Origin: Myxococcales bacterium
Lineage (GTDB): Bacteria; Myxococcota_A; UBA9042
NCBI GenBank assembly: GCA_037441385.1
Contig: JBBISH010000038.1
Location: 1-47,574, forward strand
Reading direction: 5' to 3'
Length of the DNA: 47,574 nt
The position numbers and the translations under genes are program-made. Positions 29,959-39,900 of the stretch are shown one piece after another. The notes below the pieces were generated by a model. The model was not told the origin of the DNA, made no database searches, and was given only the letters and a program-made list of their open reading frames with translations. How positions within the stretch are numbered: the first letter of the stretch is position 1; each line of letters begins with the position of its first letter.

Positions 29959-30525
29959 TCATTGCGGCCGCTGATCCCATGGTGCCGGCTCCATACTTGG
30001 CATGACCGCGGTTAGCACCCATCGGAGTGCGTCGGCGGGTTTCAGCGCCGGCAGCGGCACTCTGGCCTTAGGTTTGGCACTTAGGTCGGGCCCAACATGG
30101 CAGTGCCAGGCCGCATGTCCGCACGCGCCTGTGCCCTTTTGGTCACCTTCGCCGCCGGGCCCCGCATCCTCAAGGTGGACGGCGACCACCCATGGCGTGT
30201 TGTCGGCTGCGCGCGCACCCTCCAGCATAGCCGTGAACTGCCGAAGGCGATTTGCCCTCGTGTCGACAAGCCCAAGCAGAGTCAGCTTCACGTCCTTGAG
30301 CTCGACAGTGTTCGGGAGCGACAGCGCGCCGTCTTGGTGGCCATTCATGTACCACTCGGCCGTGCCCGTCTCCTGGTTCGTTTCCGGTGACCAGCGCGCG
30401 TCGAAGCCGGGCGGCAGGTGTGCCCGAACGCGAAGATCCTGGAGAACTGGTCGGACTTTGCGCAACAAGGCTTCGGCGTTGCCCCTGCCCTCGGTGTGGC
30501 GCTTGTAGATGTTCCACCAGGTCAT
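29959..30525 (-). CDS. Hypothetical protein with GHxxxHxHxG...RVP motif (DUF2290-like candidate effector)
   Basis: ATGA overlap with the upstream gene; His cluster GACGHAAWHCHVG followed by RVPLP; family assignment tentative. Confidence 0.65.
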   Translation of the reverse strand: MTWWNIYKRHTEGRGNAEALLRKVRPVLQDLRVRAHLPPGFDARWSPETNQETGTAEWYMNGHQDGALSLPNTVELKDVKLTLLGLVDTRANRLRQFTAMLEGARAADNTPWVVAVHLEDAGPGGEGDQKGTGACGHAAWHCHVGPDLSAKPKARVPLPALKPADALRWVLTAVMPSMEPAPWDQRPQ

Positions 30526-31058
30526 GGGCGTCGCTCCAAGAGCGCAGCACGGTAAGCGCGCGACGTTGAGGCACTGGTCGCGGGGATTTCGCCGTTGCGC
30601 CAGCGCTGCAGCCAGCTCTCGGGACTCTCGCCCACGTCGTCCTGGAATCGGGTGCGCTCTCGGCCAACGTTGATCGTAGACAGCGCATACGGGTCGATGT
30701 CGTGGCTGCGCACCCAACTGGCCAGTCCAGGCGAATTGGCAAGCTCCGACTGTCCCAAACCCCCGCGAAGGAGCAGCAGGACCACCGGCGCCTGGCGTGG
30801 TGGCTCGAGGAAACGCTCGCGATTGCCGTCGAGGTCGCGCACCGCGGCCGCCTCATCGTCAGCGACGAGGAACACGACACGGTCTCGCGTGCGCCTAGCG
30901 ACGTCGACGGACTTCGTGCGCATTGAGCGTGCGGCTGTAGGTAGCAGCGAGCGCAGCTCGGCCAGCATGTCGTCGCGGTCGTGCTCGTAGTACACGACTA
31001 CGATCCCAGACAAGGCGCGCTCGAGCGCCATGGCAAGTTCCAGAGCCGAAGAACGCAT
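30522..31058 (-). CDS. Small protein resembling a degenerate (inactive) STAND/P-loop domain
   Basis: LDGNRERF...PVVLLL...SPGLASW resembles the LNxxRE...APDxxSW pattern of partners of this ATPase type; no Walker A. Confidence 0.6.
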   Translation of the reverse strand: MRSSALELAMALERALSGIVVVYYEHDRDDMLAELRSLLPTAARSMRTKSVDVARRTRDRVVFLVADDEAAAVRDLDGNRERFLEPPRQAPVVLLLLRGGLGQSELANSPGLASWVRSHDIDPYALSTINVGRERTRFQDDVGESPESWLQRWRNGEIPATSASTSRAYRAALLERRP

Positions 31059-31063
31059 GGGAC

Positions 31064-32092
31064 CTACCCGATCTCGTTTACCAGTGGGTGTATATGCATG
31101 ATGACGCCAGGATCATTGGAGTATTCGAGCAGGATCCCGTGGTTGAGCAGTCGGAGCTTGCGGTCCAGGGGCATTTCAAGTCCGCTGCGCCCCTCGACCC
31201 TGCGAAGTTCGTCCATGTCGCCCTGCAACAGAAGCCTCCGGAAGCTGTCCCGCATGTCGTTGGCTGCCAGAAACAAGTCTTCCATCGTGGGCCAGTCGCG
31301 TTGCGCGCGGTAATTGGCCCGCAGGCCTGCGTCTGCCATGAGTTGGAGGAAAGCGCGGGGCACGCCACCACTATAGAAGGCAGCCCGATCGACGACCTCA
31401 AGGTCGTCAGACGCCAACGCGGCTGCCTGGGTGATGTTCAAGTCGAGGCGACGGGCAAGGAGGGCACGGAAGAACTTCCTACCTGCTTCGCCACTCGGGC
31501 CGGTCACCGTCACGGCCCGCAGATGAGCAAACTTCTCGCCGTCTTGAATTACGGACTGAGATTGCGGACCGTAGGTCATGTACCAGGGCATGACGACCAC
31601 AAGATTGGCCTCAGCGGCAATGGTCCGGAGTTCGTCGAAGATGGGCCCGGAGCGCTCTTCAGGCATCTTCTCGAGCCCGTCCATGAAGAAGGTCACCGGC
31701 CGGCCTGACTCTTCGACAATGGCCCGGATTTGCCTGACGAGCTGGTCGGTCCCAGCGTGCCTTGCCAAGAAGATCTGCCTGCCCGCATCGTGCTCCATGC
31801 CGATCAGTGCATGAACAGTGCAACGCACCAGGTGCGCCTCAGTGATCGTGCGCATGTTGACCATGCGATCTAGCGGGACAATAAGCGTCGTCGAGCTTTC
31901 ACGGATGGCTGCCGCCACATGTCCAAGCTCGGTGCTTTTCCCAATCCCAGCCGGTCCTGTGACCAAGACCACGCGGGTGCCTTGCCGCAAGCGGTCAATT
32001 ACGCCAGCGCTCGGCGAAGTCGGGCGTTCGACATAGAGCTCGTTTCCCGGTTCCAGTGGGCGATTTGGTTCTAGTTTGGACCAGTTTATCAT
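31064..32092 (-). CDS. STAND/KAP-like P-loop ATPase
   Basis: YVER; Walker A GPAGIGKSTEL; Walker B FFMDGLEK; SGGVPR; C-terminal ILLEY...HIHPLV; GAGG RBS. Confidence 0.85.
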   Translation of the reverse strand: MINWSKLEPNRPLEPGNELYVERPTSPSAGVIDRLRQGTRVVLVTGPAGIGKSTELGHVAAAIRESSTTLIVPLDRMVNMRTITEAHLVRCTVHALIGMEHDAGRQIFLARHAGTDQLVRQIRAIVEESGRPVTFFMDGLEKMPEERSGPIFDELRTIAAEANLVVVMPWYMTYGPQSQSVIQDGEKFAHLRAVTVTGPSGEAGRKFFRALLARRLDLNITQAAALASDDLEVVDRAAFYSGGVPRAFLQLMADAGLRANYRAQRDWPTMEDLFLAANDMRDSFRRLLLQGDMDELRRVEGRSGLEMPLDRKLRLLNHGILLEYSNDPGVIMHIHPLVNEIG

Positions 32093-32135
32093 CGGGACGA
32101 CCTCGCTCAGGCGCCGGCAAGGTATGCGGAACTTG

Positions 32136-32819
32136 TCAGGGTTGCAAGGGGGCGCAATCGCTTGGCGCCAAGCCGTTGTCCCCCGCCGTCCAGTCGGCAT
32201 CGCTGGTGCGCCGAAAGTCCGCCGCCAGCCACTTGGCCACCGCGCCCTCTTGGCCACCGGCCGGATTGCGCAGCACTACGCCCTCGGCGCGCCCCGTGGA
32301 GTAGTGCGAGCGCTGGCAGAAGGCCTCGACCGCCGCGGCGCCGGGCCATCGCCCAACTGCGTAGGCCTGGGGCACGCTCAAGCCGGCCTGCTGGCAGGTG
32401 GCGTCGCGGGTGGCGACGGCTGCGAAGCCGTACTCGGGGTGCCACAAGTCCAGGACGACCAGCCAATCGGGTAGTAGGTCGTAGGCGACCGAGTGGCGCA
32501 GGCGCAGCCACTCGCCGTAGACGACGGGCCAGTCGGCGAGGACGCCTTGCAGCGCCGGCGCGCGCTCGGCGATCCAGGCGCGGACCCGGCCGAGCTGGCC
32601 GCCGCGGTCGCCGTGGGTTTTGCCCGAGCGGGCGTAGGGTTGTGGCCAGCCCGCGTCGTCGCAGGCGAGGGCGAGGTTGAAGCCGTCGAGCTTTTCTTCG
32701 ATGCAGAAGGTCCGGGTTTGCAGGAGGTTGGCGGCTTCGGGGGTGAGGACGAGGTCGTCGCGGTCGGCGCCGGGGTGGGCGCGGAGGTGCGGGATGCGGT
32801 GGTAGGGTGGGGGCGTCAT
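32136..32819 (-). CDS. ATP-dependent RNA ligase family protein (nucleotidyltransferase domain only)
   Basis: Motif I EEKLDGFN; YGEW; HSVAY; VVLD; EGVV; AKW. Confidence 0.85.
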   Translation of the reverse strand: MTPPPYHRIPHLRAHPGADRDDLVLTPEAANLLQTRTFCIEEKLDGFNLALACDDAGWPQPYARSGKTHGDRGGQLGRVRAWIAERAPALQGVLADWPVVYGEWLRLRHSVAYDLLPDWLVVLDLWHPEYGFAAVATRDATCQQAGLSVPQAYAVGRWPGAAAVEAFCQRSHYSTGRAEGVVLRNPAGGQEGAVAKWLAADFRRTSDADWTAGDNGLAPSDCAPLQP

Positions 32820-32908
32820 GGTTTGGCCCGGTCGACAGGTGTCGATGTTTGGCTCGGCGAGGACGACTAGAGGCCCCGCGCGTGGAGCACGAACACGCGC
32901 ACGGTCGA

Positions 32909-33958
32909 CTACTTGATCTTCCGCCAGAGGCCGCATCGCGAACTCTTGAACCCCTTGTCGGTTGCCCGGATGGTCACGGTTCCACCACCATTGTTGTTTG
33001 AAATCAAGTCGCGCATTCCGCCCGAAAACCCGCGGAGGCGCGCCCAGTAGCACGACTCAGGGCTGTCGGCGCGCCACACCCCCGGCTCGATATCCACGTT
33101 GACAATGTACGTGCCTGCGCCGAAGGGGGAGGTTCTGCCAGGCGTAATTGCTGAGAGGTCCGCGGACCACTCAGAGCAACGGTGGGTCTCAAACGCGGCA
33201 TCTTTCGGGCCGATGGTGACCACTTCGGGGCCATCGCTGTTGTCGTTAGCCAAGATTTCGCCAATTTCGCCCCCGGTCCCTGCCAACCGGGCCCAATAGC
33301 AGCCCACAGATGCCGTGCGAGTGCGAAAGGTACCGCTTCCAATATCTGAACCCACGAGCAGCACGCCACTTTGGGCCCGGCGCCGCTCAACTTCGGGCGC
33401 TGCCGTTGGGACGTCGGCTGGCGAACTGCCGCGCCAGTTTGCCGCGTGCCACGCCGCAACGTCCGCGCACGTTACGCCTTTGCGCGCAGCAGGATCCGGC
33501 GAAATCGCCGAATTCATCGCGGCCAGAAGTTCTGCTCCAGTGGCCTTGGCCCCACGTGCACCTACCGCCCTGAGTGCGGCAGTGACACCTTGCGCAATCT
33601 CCTCTTCGCCTTCAGGACACTTCGCCTTTAGCTCGGCCATTACTGCTTCGTAGGCCACCAACACATTGCGTGGTACCGCTGCCGAACCTACGTCCGCGCT
33701 GGCTAGTTTCCAAGCCGGCGGCGACGAGGCCGAAACCGTTTCTGTGATCGCATTGGTTGGCGAGACGCCTGCCGGGGTTGAACCACTGCCCCCGCGGCCA
33801 CCCATCAGCGCGCTCATTGCCGCAGCGATCAGAAACAGGGTTAGGCATCCCAAGACTGGCTTTGGCAGCGGGTTGCCCATCTTGCGCCCACAATGTGGGC
33901 AGGCTGGGGCGCTGCTGCTGACCTGGCCACCGCAATCCTTGCACGTCCAGACTGCCAT
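32909..33958 (-). CDS. Zinc-ribbon single-TM protein with two C-terminal GTY/F...CYWARL repeats
   Basis: CKDC...CPHCG ribbon, TM helix, two repeats of G(T/V)xR...CYWARL...N...F.(T/S)xRCxxW; GAGGT RBS. Confidence 0.8.
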   Translation of the reverse strand: MAVWTCKDCGGQVSSSAPACPHCGRKMGNPLPKPVLGCLTLFLIAAAMSALMGGRGGSGSTPAGVSPTNAITETVSASSPPAWKLASADVGSAAVPRNVLVAYEAVMAELKAKCPEGEEEIAQGVTAALRAVGARGAKATGAELLAAMNSAISPDPAARKGVTCADVAAWHAANWRGSSPADVPTAAPEVERRRAQSGVLLVGSDIGSGTFRTRTASVGCYWARLAGTGGEIGEILANDNSDGPEVVTIGPKDAAFETHRCSEWSADLSAITPGRTSPFGAGTYIVNVDIEPGVWRADSPESCYWARLRGFSGGMRDLISNNNGGGTVTIRATDKGFKSSRCGLWRKIK

Positions 33959-34133
33959 CGGTGCACCTCGTGCTAAGTCAACCTGTTGCGCTGCAGCAGT
34001 TGCGCTGCAGCAATCCAGTTCCACGTGACTACGACTGCAATGCGCTTGCCGCAAGTTTGAGCACTATGCGCACCGTGTCAAGCCAGCGGCAGTGCCTGCC
34101 GACCGTAGCAGTGCCTGCCGATCGGCGCTGGTG

Positions 34134-35075
34134 TTAGGTTTTGGCACTTGGGCCCTTGCCGACGGTGTTCAGGATCCTGGCTTCAAGCTTCCTACGCAGG
34201 TCAACGGCTTCAGTCCATACGATGTGGTTGAACTGGCGGGTGTCGAAGTGGAGGCGCTTGACGTCTCGCTTATGCACCGCCCAGATCACGGGTTTGCCCA
34301 GTCCTTTGGCGAACCCAGCCTCGTAGTACACGCCGCCCTTGCGGTCGGTAAAGTCGGCGACGATGAAATGGCAGTTCTTGATTTCGTACTCGATGCGGTC
34401 GTCGATGTGGTCGTTGTGCTCCCGGTCGCTGACCAGGATGGCCTGATAGCCCGCGGCGACGATGGCGGGGCGGATGGCGGAGTCGGCGATGGCGAGCATT
34501 TCGGCGGTGAACGACATGGCGATGAAGGCGTAGGTGCCGCTGGTTTTGGCGAGTTCGGCGACGCGAGCCCACCCGGCGGCGGTGAGGAAGGCCCGGATGC
34601 CGTAGTAGGACCCGCCACCGTTAGTAAGTTCGCGGTCAATCAGCTTCTGCTCGGCCAGCAGCGCCGATAGGCCGAGAAGGTCCTGGGCGTCGTACGCGCC
34701 AAGTGCCCACTGGCGGTGCTGGTCGGAGCGGAACTCCGCCTTGGGGCGGTCGAGCAGTGCGGCGATGCGGGCGAGCAGCCGGTCTGTGCGGGCGATGACG
34801 GGTAGTGGCCGGATGAGCTCGAGTTGGCTTGGCGTGAACTCGGGGATGCGGCCGGCGGCGTTTTCGTCGTGGATGTAGATGCGAAGTTCGGCGACCACGT
34901 CGCGGGTGCGGAGGTGGTGCAGGAGTGCAGTGGGGCTGTTTGGATGTAGGGCGGTTTGGGCCTCAAGTGTAAGCTTGAAATTGCCGCAGTCGGTGCAAGT
35001 GAGATGTTCACGGTCGAGATCGTAGGCTTGTTCTGGCTTTTCGCAGAGGGGGCAGGTCTGGGGTAGGCGGGTCAT
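34134..35075 (-). CDS. Zn-finger plus nucleoside 2-deoxyribosyltransferase/TIR-like domain protein
   Basis: CPLC...CTDC N-terminus; FIAMSF, IVADFT, GVYYEAGFAKGLGKPVI and HFDTRQFNHIVW. Confidence 0.85.
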   Translation of the reverse strand: MTRLPQTCPLCEKPEQAYDLDREHLTCTDCGNFKLTLEAQTALHPNSPTALLHHLRTRDVVAELRIYIHDENAAGRIPEFTPSQLELIRPLPVIARTDRLLARIAALLDRPKAEFRSDQHRQWALGAYDAQDLLGLSALLAEQKLIDRELTNGGGSYYGIRAFLTAAGWARVAELAKTSGTYAFIAMSFTAEMLAIADSAIRPAIVAAGYQAILVSDREHNDHIDDRIEYEIKNCHFIVADFTDRKGGVYYEAGFAKGLGKPVIWAVHKRDVKRLHFDTRQFNHIVWTEAVDLRRKLEARILNTVGKGPSAKT

Positions 35076-35368
35076 CGATAGTCCTTTGTTCCACGCTTCA
35101 GTTTTCTTGGGGCATATCTGGACCTCGACGTCCAGCGGGTCGAGTGGCGACTCGGGATCTGGCTTGCGGGCCAAGGCGCCTTGGCGCCCTGGGGCAGTCG
35201 TCAGCGGGCTTGGGCTTGGCCAATTTGCGTGGTCCTCCAGCACTGCCGGTCGACTGCACTGCCTCGTGACCTACCAGTCCAGGGTCGACTTGCCCTTGAC
35301 CACGTTCTCCTAGATGGCGTAGGACGTTGGCAGGGCAACTTCTGTTGTGCAGCGCATGAGCCTTGCAC

Positions 35369-35890
35369 TCACTGCCGTGCCACGAGCCCCCTGGTTACAG
35401 CCATTGCATCATTGAGGACCACGATCGCATCGGCATCGATGCCCCAAACTCGCCGGTGGACCGACAGCTCCTTGCGTAAAGCGTCTTGGAGCGGAGGCAG
35501 CCACTCCGTCTTGTGGCCATTGACCACGAGAATCAGCCTGATTTTTGCAGTGCCAAGCTGCGTAGCGCGAATTTGCGCTGGTACCTCGCCGCCATCGTCG
35601 GTGTGCCGGCCCAGACATGCCGCCACCAAGATGGTTAGCCCGTGCACGAATTTCTCAGAGACATCCCGGAGGAAGACGTGCAGGTCGCCCGTGTTCCCTG
35701 GCTGCGGGCTGCTTGACTTCGCCTCGACCAGCCAAAGTGCAGCGGGCGATCTCGGTGCCAGCCACACGAACTCGGGCGCCTTGATGCCCTCACCAAGCCG
35801 CGACCGCATGGCCGAAGCCTCGATGGCGAACACCGCATCATCTTCAAAAGGGCCGAAGGTCATCCCGGATTCGATGAAAGTGCGGCTCAT
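35369..35890 (-). CDS. Putative PD-(D/E)xK-like nuclease partner of the ABC ATPase
   Basis: ATGA coupling to the ATPase; PEF...LVEAK motif. Confidence 0.7.
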   Translation of the reverse strand: MSRTFIESGMTFGPFEDDAVFAIEASAMRSRLGEGIKAPEFVWLAPRSPAALWLVEAKSSSPQPGNTGDLHVFLRDVSEKFVHGLTILVAACLGRHTDDGGEVPAQIRATQLGTAKIRLILVVNGHKTEWLPPLQDALRKELSVHRRVWGIDADAIVVLNDAMAVTRGLVARQ

Positions 35891-36903
35891 GACAGCGACG
35901 CCTCCACCTCTGCCTCGTAAAGCTTGATGGCCTCGTCCATGATGGGGTTGTCCGGCGTGCCGTTGCGGAGATCCGCGGTGCCCCAGTTGCAGTTGCCCGC
36001 GCACAGCACCGGGATGGACAGGTCAGCAGCCTTGGCAACTAGGCCAAGCTTCTTGACGACAAAGTACGAGTGGGTCGCCATGAAGAACTGGATGCCGCGG
36101 TTCGCGAGCAGGCTGACAATCTCCATGAACTCGCCAATGGCTGCTGGGTGCAATGCGGCTTCGGGCTCATCGATGAACACGACCGAGCCTTGGCCGAGGT
36201 AGCGGTTGCCCAGCAGAGTGTCCAGGATGGCGATCTTCTTTACTCCTTCGGCGGTGACCCCGACCTGGAAGCGCTGGTTCTTGCCGTCCCGGTATTGCCA
36301 GCGTTGGGCCGCAACGTCGAATTCGACCTTCCCGCCAATGATCGCTTCGAGCCGCTGGCGCGAGGCTGCGACCTCTGTGGACGACTTTCCCGCGCGCGGC
36401 GACTGTTGGAGGGCACGCGCAAGGTCCAAGTACGTGTCGTCGAAGCCAAAGACTCGGTCCTCATCGCGAGACTTCAAAATGATCGAGTGCAAGGACAAGA
36501 CTTCCTTTGCAGGCAGGAAGATGGAGTTGCTGGAAATCGGGTCGACGTGATTTTCCACCTTGCCGATCTGATTGGTGGTTCGCGCGCCAAATTCGTAGTC
36601 GAACGCGCGCCCGTCCCACTCGATCTTCGACTTCAAGACCTCGTGTGCGCCACGTGACACGAGCTCACCCAGCTTGTCGGTCTGAAAGGTCCAGTACAGC
36701 TTGTCGGCGAGAATTTCTGCGGCGCTGCGCTTGTCGTCGCCGCGCTTGTAGGTTTCGAGCGTCTTGACGGCGGCATAGAGCGCCTTGAGCAGAAAGGTCT
36801 TGCCCTTGCCGTTGGCGCCGATGATCAAGTTGATCTTGCCGAGCGCAGGCCACTGTACATGGGCAAGCGGACCGAAATTCTGTAGCTCTACACTGGTCAA
36901 CAT
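35887..36903 (-). CDS. Soluble ABC-type ATPase (AAA_15/AAA_21-like)
   Basis: LQNFG; Walker A GANGKGKT; AEG signature variant; FIDEPEAALHP; ATHS; GGAGG RBS. Confidence 0.9.
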   Translation of the reverse strand: MLTSVELQNFGPLAHVQWPALGKINLIIGANGKGKTFLLKALYAAVKTLETYKRGDDKRSAAEILADKLYWTFQTDKLGELVSRGAHEVLKSKIEWDGRAFDYEFGARTTNQIGKVENHVDPISSNSIFLPAKEVLSLHSIILKSRDEDRVFGFDDTYLDLARALQQSPRAGKSSTEVAASRQRLEAIIGGKVEFDVAAQRWQYRDGKNQRFQVGVTAEGVKKIAILDTLLGNRYLGQGSVVFIDEPEAALHPAAIGEFMEIVSLLANRGIQFFMATHSYFVVKKLGLVAKAADLSIPVLCAGNCNWGTADLRNGTPDNPIMDEAIKLYEAEVEASLS

Positions 36904-36966
36904 CCGAACACCTCCCGGGCCCTATGGTACGCGACCGCCGTGCGTTGGCGAAAATCTCGCCAGCTG

Positions 36967-39900
36967 TCAGCCGTTCCCCAACCCCGGCAACCCCGCCACG
37001 ATCTTCATCGTCTCCAAGCTAACCGTAACCACCCGCAGAAACAACTCCAGCGGATACTTCGGGTTCCCCATGGTCTCCACAGCCCAGTCGTTGGCGTCGT
37101 TCACAATCCCGCTGTCCTTGTCGGTCTTGACGCACTGCCGCTCGACCACCCAGTCCAGTGCCGGCTTGCCGTTGACGACGTACTCGTAGGCGGCGAGCGG
37201 GATGTTGCGGACGGTGATGTGCGCGTTGTACTCCAGCGTCGTCAGCTCCTTGTCCTTGCCGTTCTTGCCGTAGCGCATCTTCTCCACGCGGTACTCTTTG
37301 TCGGTCAGCGTCTTGCCCCGGGTGTCGACGATGGCGTGCGGGTACATGGGCACGCTCTCGTAGTGGACGTGGAGGTCGGCGAGGCGGCGGCCGGCGGCCG
37401 AGAATGCGGCGAAGGCGGCGTAGGTCGGCACGCGCGGGATGCGGGGCAGTTCTTTGGACAGGTTGTCGGCGTAGCGGGACCGGTACTCGGGGGAGTGGAG
37501 CAGGCCGTAGATGTAGTAGAAGAGGTCTTCTTTTGAGATCGGGTCGTTGGGGTAGGCGGCCTGGAAGTGGGCGAGGCCGGCGTCGGTGATGGCGTCGCGG
37601 CGCTTGGGGGTCGTGGGCTGGGTTGGCGCGTCGAAGAGGCCGGGTTGGGCGCTAGGCGTGGTGGGGGTGGGATCGGGTTGGTCGTAGAGGTAGAGCGCCA
37701 TGCACTGGCCGTTGCCCTGCAACTGGAATTCTGGGGGCAGGTTCGTAATGATCGCAGAAAATCCATTTGGCGTACCGAGGCCCGTCACCGCCAGAACCAA
37801 ATTCGCGCAATCTGGCGATGGAAAGTACTTCGGGATCGAGTAAACGTACTCGTTCCACATGCGATCGAGGTACAGCCATTCCTTTGTGAACGGCCGATAC
37901 ATGCTCATGCGCACACCAGCTTGAACAAATGAAGCCACCTTGCCCTTGCCGAATGCGCCTCGTAGCCCTCGCGACCACGCGATGCGGTTGGGGTCGTTGC
38001 TCGGGCCTTGTACGGCAGCCCGTGACGGGGAATCGCGGTCAATTGCCAGCTGTTCGTTGTAGAAGTCTACCGTTTGCGTGATGTTTCGGCCCAATCTGTT
38101 GTGCGAGAAGTTGACGCACCATGCATCGCGTGCGGTTGTGACACCGCTGGAGACTTTCTCAAACATGGCGGAACCGCCAGCCGCGTCTTTGCTGTAGAGC
38201 GCCATGAATTCGCCAAATGCCTGATCCCGTTGTCCACGCCAATCGCCATGAGCGTCAGGCACGACGACTTGCCAACCTTGAGCGCTCGCAATGCCACCAA
38301 CGTGAACGAATTCACTTAGCCTCGACAGCTTCTGCTCGCGCGTTAGGTAGTCGCCGATATCGTGGAAATGGATCTGGCCGTGCGTCGCCGCCGTCGGATT
38401 CTTGACAAGCACCGAGATTGCGATCGGTGCGCGGCTCCCCAACCCAAAAACGTTGTCCTTTTCTTTCCGCCGTTGTTCGCCTGACGTTCGGGCGTTGCCT
38501 CTGAGATGGAACACGTAGATGTCGGTGAACTCCCTGGCGAGGCACTTTCGCATGCCATCAGCCGAAGTTGCATCCAGGAAGCCCGCGTTCGTCACGAAAG
38601 CGATGACCCCGCTATTGCCCACGCGGTCGCTTGCCCAGCGGATTGCGCGAACATACGAGTCGTACAATCCGCGGGAATTCGTGGCAGTCGATGCGGCCTG
38701 ATAGGTGTCGCTGATGTGCTGGTCAAGCTGCGGATACGGCACATTCTTGTTGTCATCGTTGGCGTCCCCTTGGCCTATCGAATAAGGCGGATTCCCCAAA
38801 ATAACCTGAATACTCTTCAACCCCTTCTGGCGAGTCCGCCGGTTGCTATTCTCAACCAGCATCTTCGCCACCAGGTCCTCGTGCTCCTGCATCTGGAACG
38901 TATCGGTCAGGCAGATGCCCTCGAACGGCGTGTACTCCCCGCCCACAATCCCGTGGTACGCCGCCTCGATGTTCACCGCCGCGATGTAGTACGCCAGCAG
39001 CACGATCTCGTTGGCGTGGATCTCGCCCGCCTTGTACTTCCGCTCCAGCTCCTCCTTGCTCAGCAACCCGCTCTGCATCAACCGGGTAATAAACGTCCCG
39101 GTCCCGGTAAACGGGTCCAGCACATGCACGCCTTCGCTGCCCAAGCTCTGCCCGAACTCCGTCCGCAGCACGTGGTCCACGCTGTGGATGATGAAGTCGA
39201 CGATCTCGACCGGCGTGTACACGATGCCCAGCCGCTCGGTCATTCTGGGAAAGGCGTTGCGAAAGAACTTGTCGTACAGCTCGACGATGATCTTCTGCTT
39301 GCCCTCGGCCTTGTCGATGCCGGCGGCGCGCATTTTGACGCTATCGTAGAACTTCTGCAGCGTGTCGGCCTCGCTGTCCAGCCGGTGTTCCTTCAGCACC
39401 TCGAGCACCGACTGCATCGCCTTGGAGATCGGGTTGTGCTGGGCAAAGCTGTAGTCGGCAAACAGCGAGTCGAACACCGGGCGGGTGATCAGGTGCTGGG
39501 CCAGCATCTCGATCACCTCGCCGTCGGTGATGCTGTCATTCAGGTCGTCGCGGAGTTCGGTGGCAAACTCCTCGAAGGCGGCGCGCTCGGCCGTGTTGCT
39601 CGGGTCCGCTAGGATTGTCTCGATGCGCGTGATGTGCGTCTTGGCAATCCGAGCGATGTCGCCGGCCCAGTCCTCCCAGTGCCGCCGGTTGCCACACTTC
39701 TGCACCACCTTGGCGTAGATGGCCCGCTCCAGGTCGCCGATGTCGAACTGCAGCGGCACTTGGTGCGCCGTGGCCTCGCGCTTTTGCGCCGGCGCTCCGA
39801 TAACCCCAGTGCCGCGCCCCGCATCCTGCTTGCCCGGCTTCTTGGCCTTGCGCTGCACGGCGTCGCTGACGGCCACGATCTCCATGCGGCTGATGTCGGG

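Noticed and set aside
29959..36903. Integron cassette array (co-oriented accessory genes; ACCTAAC at the NDT gene stop)
   Set aside because: No matching GTTRRRY partner or repeated attC structure was found between genes, and there is no integrase.
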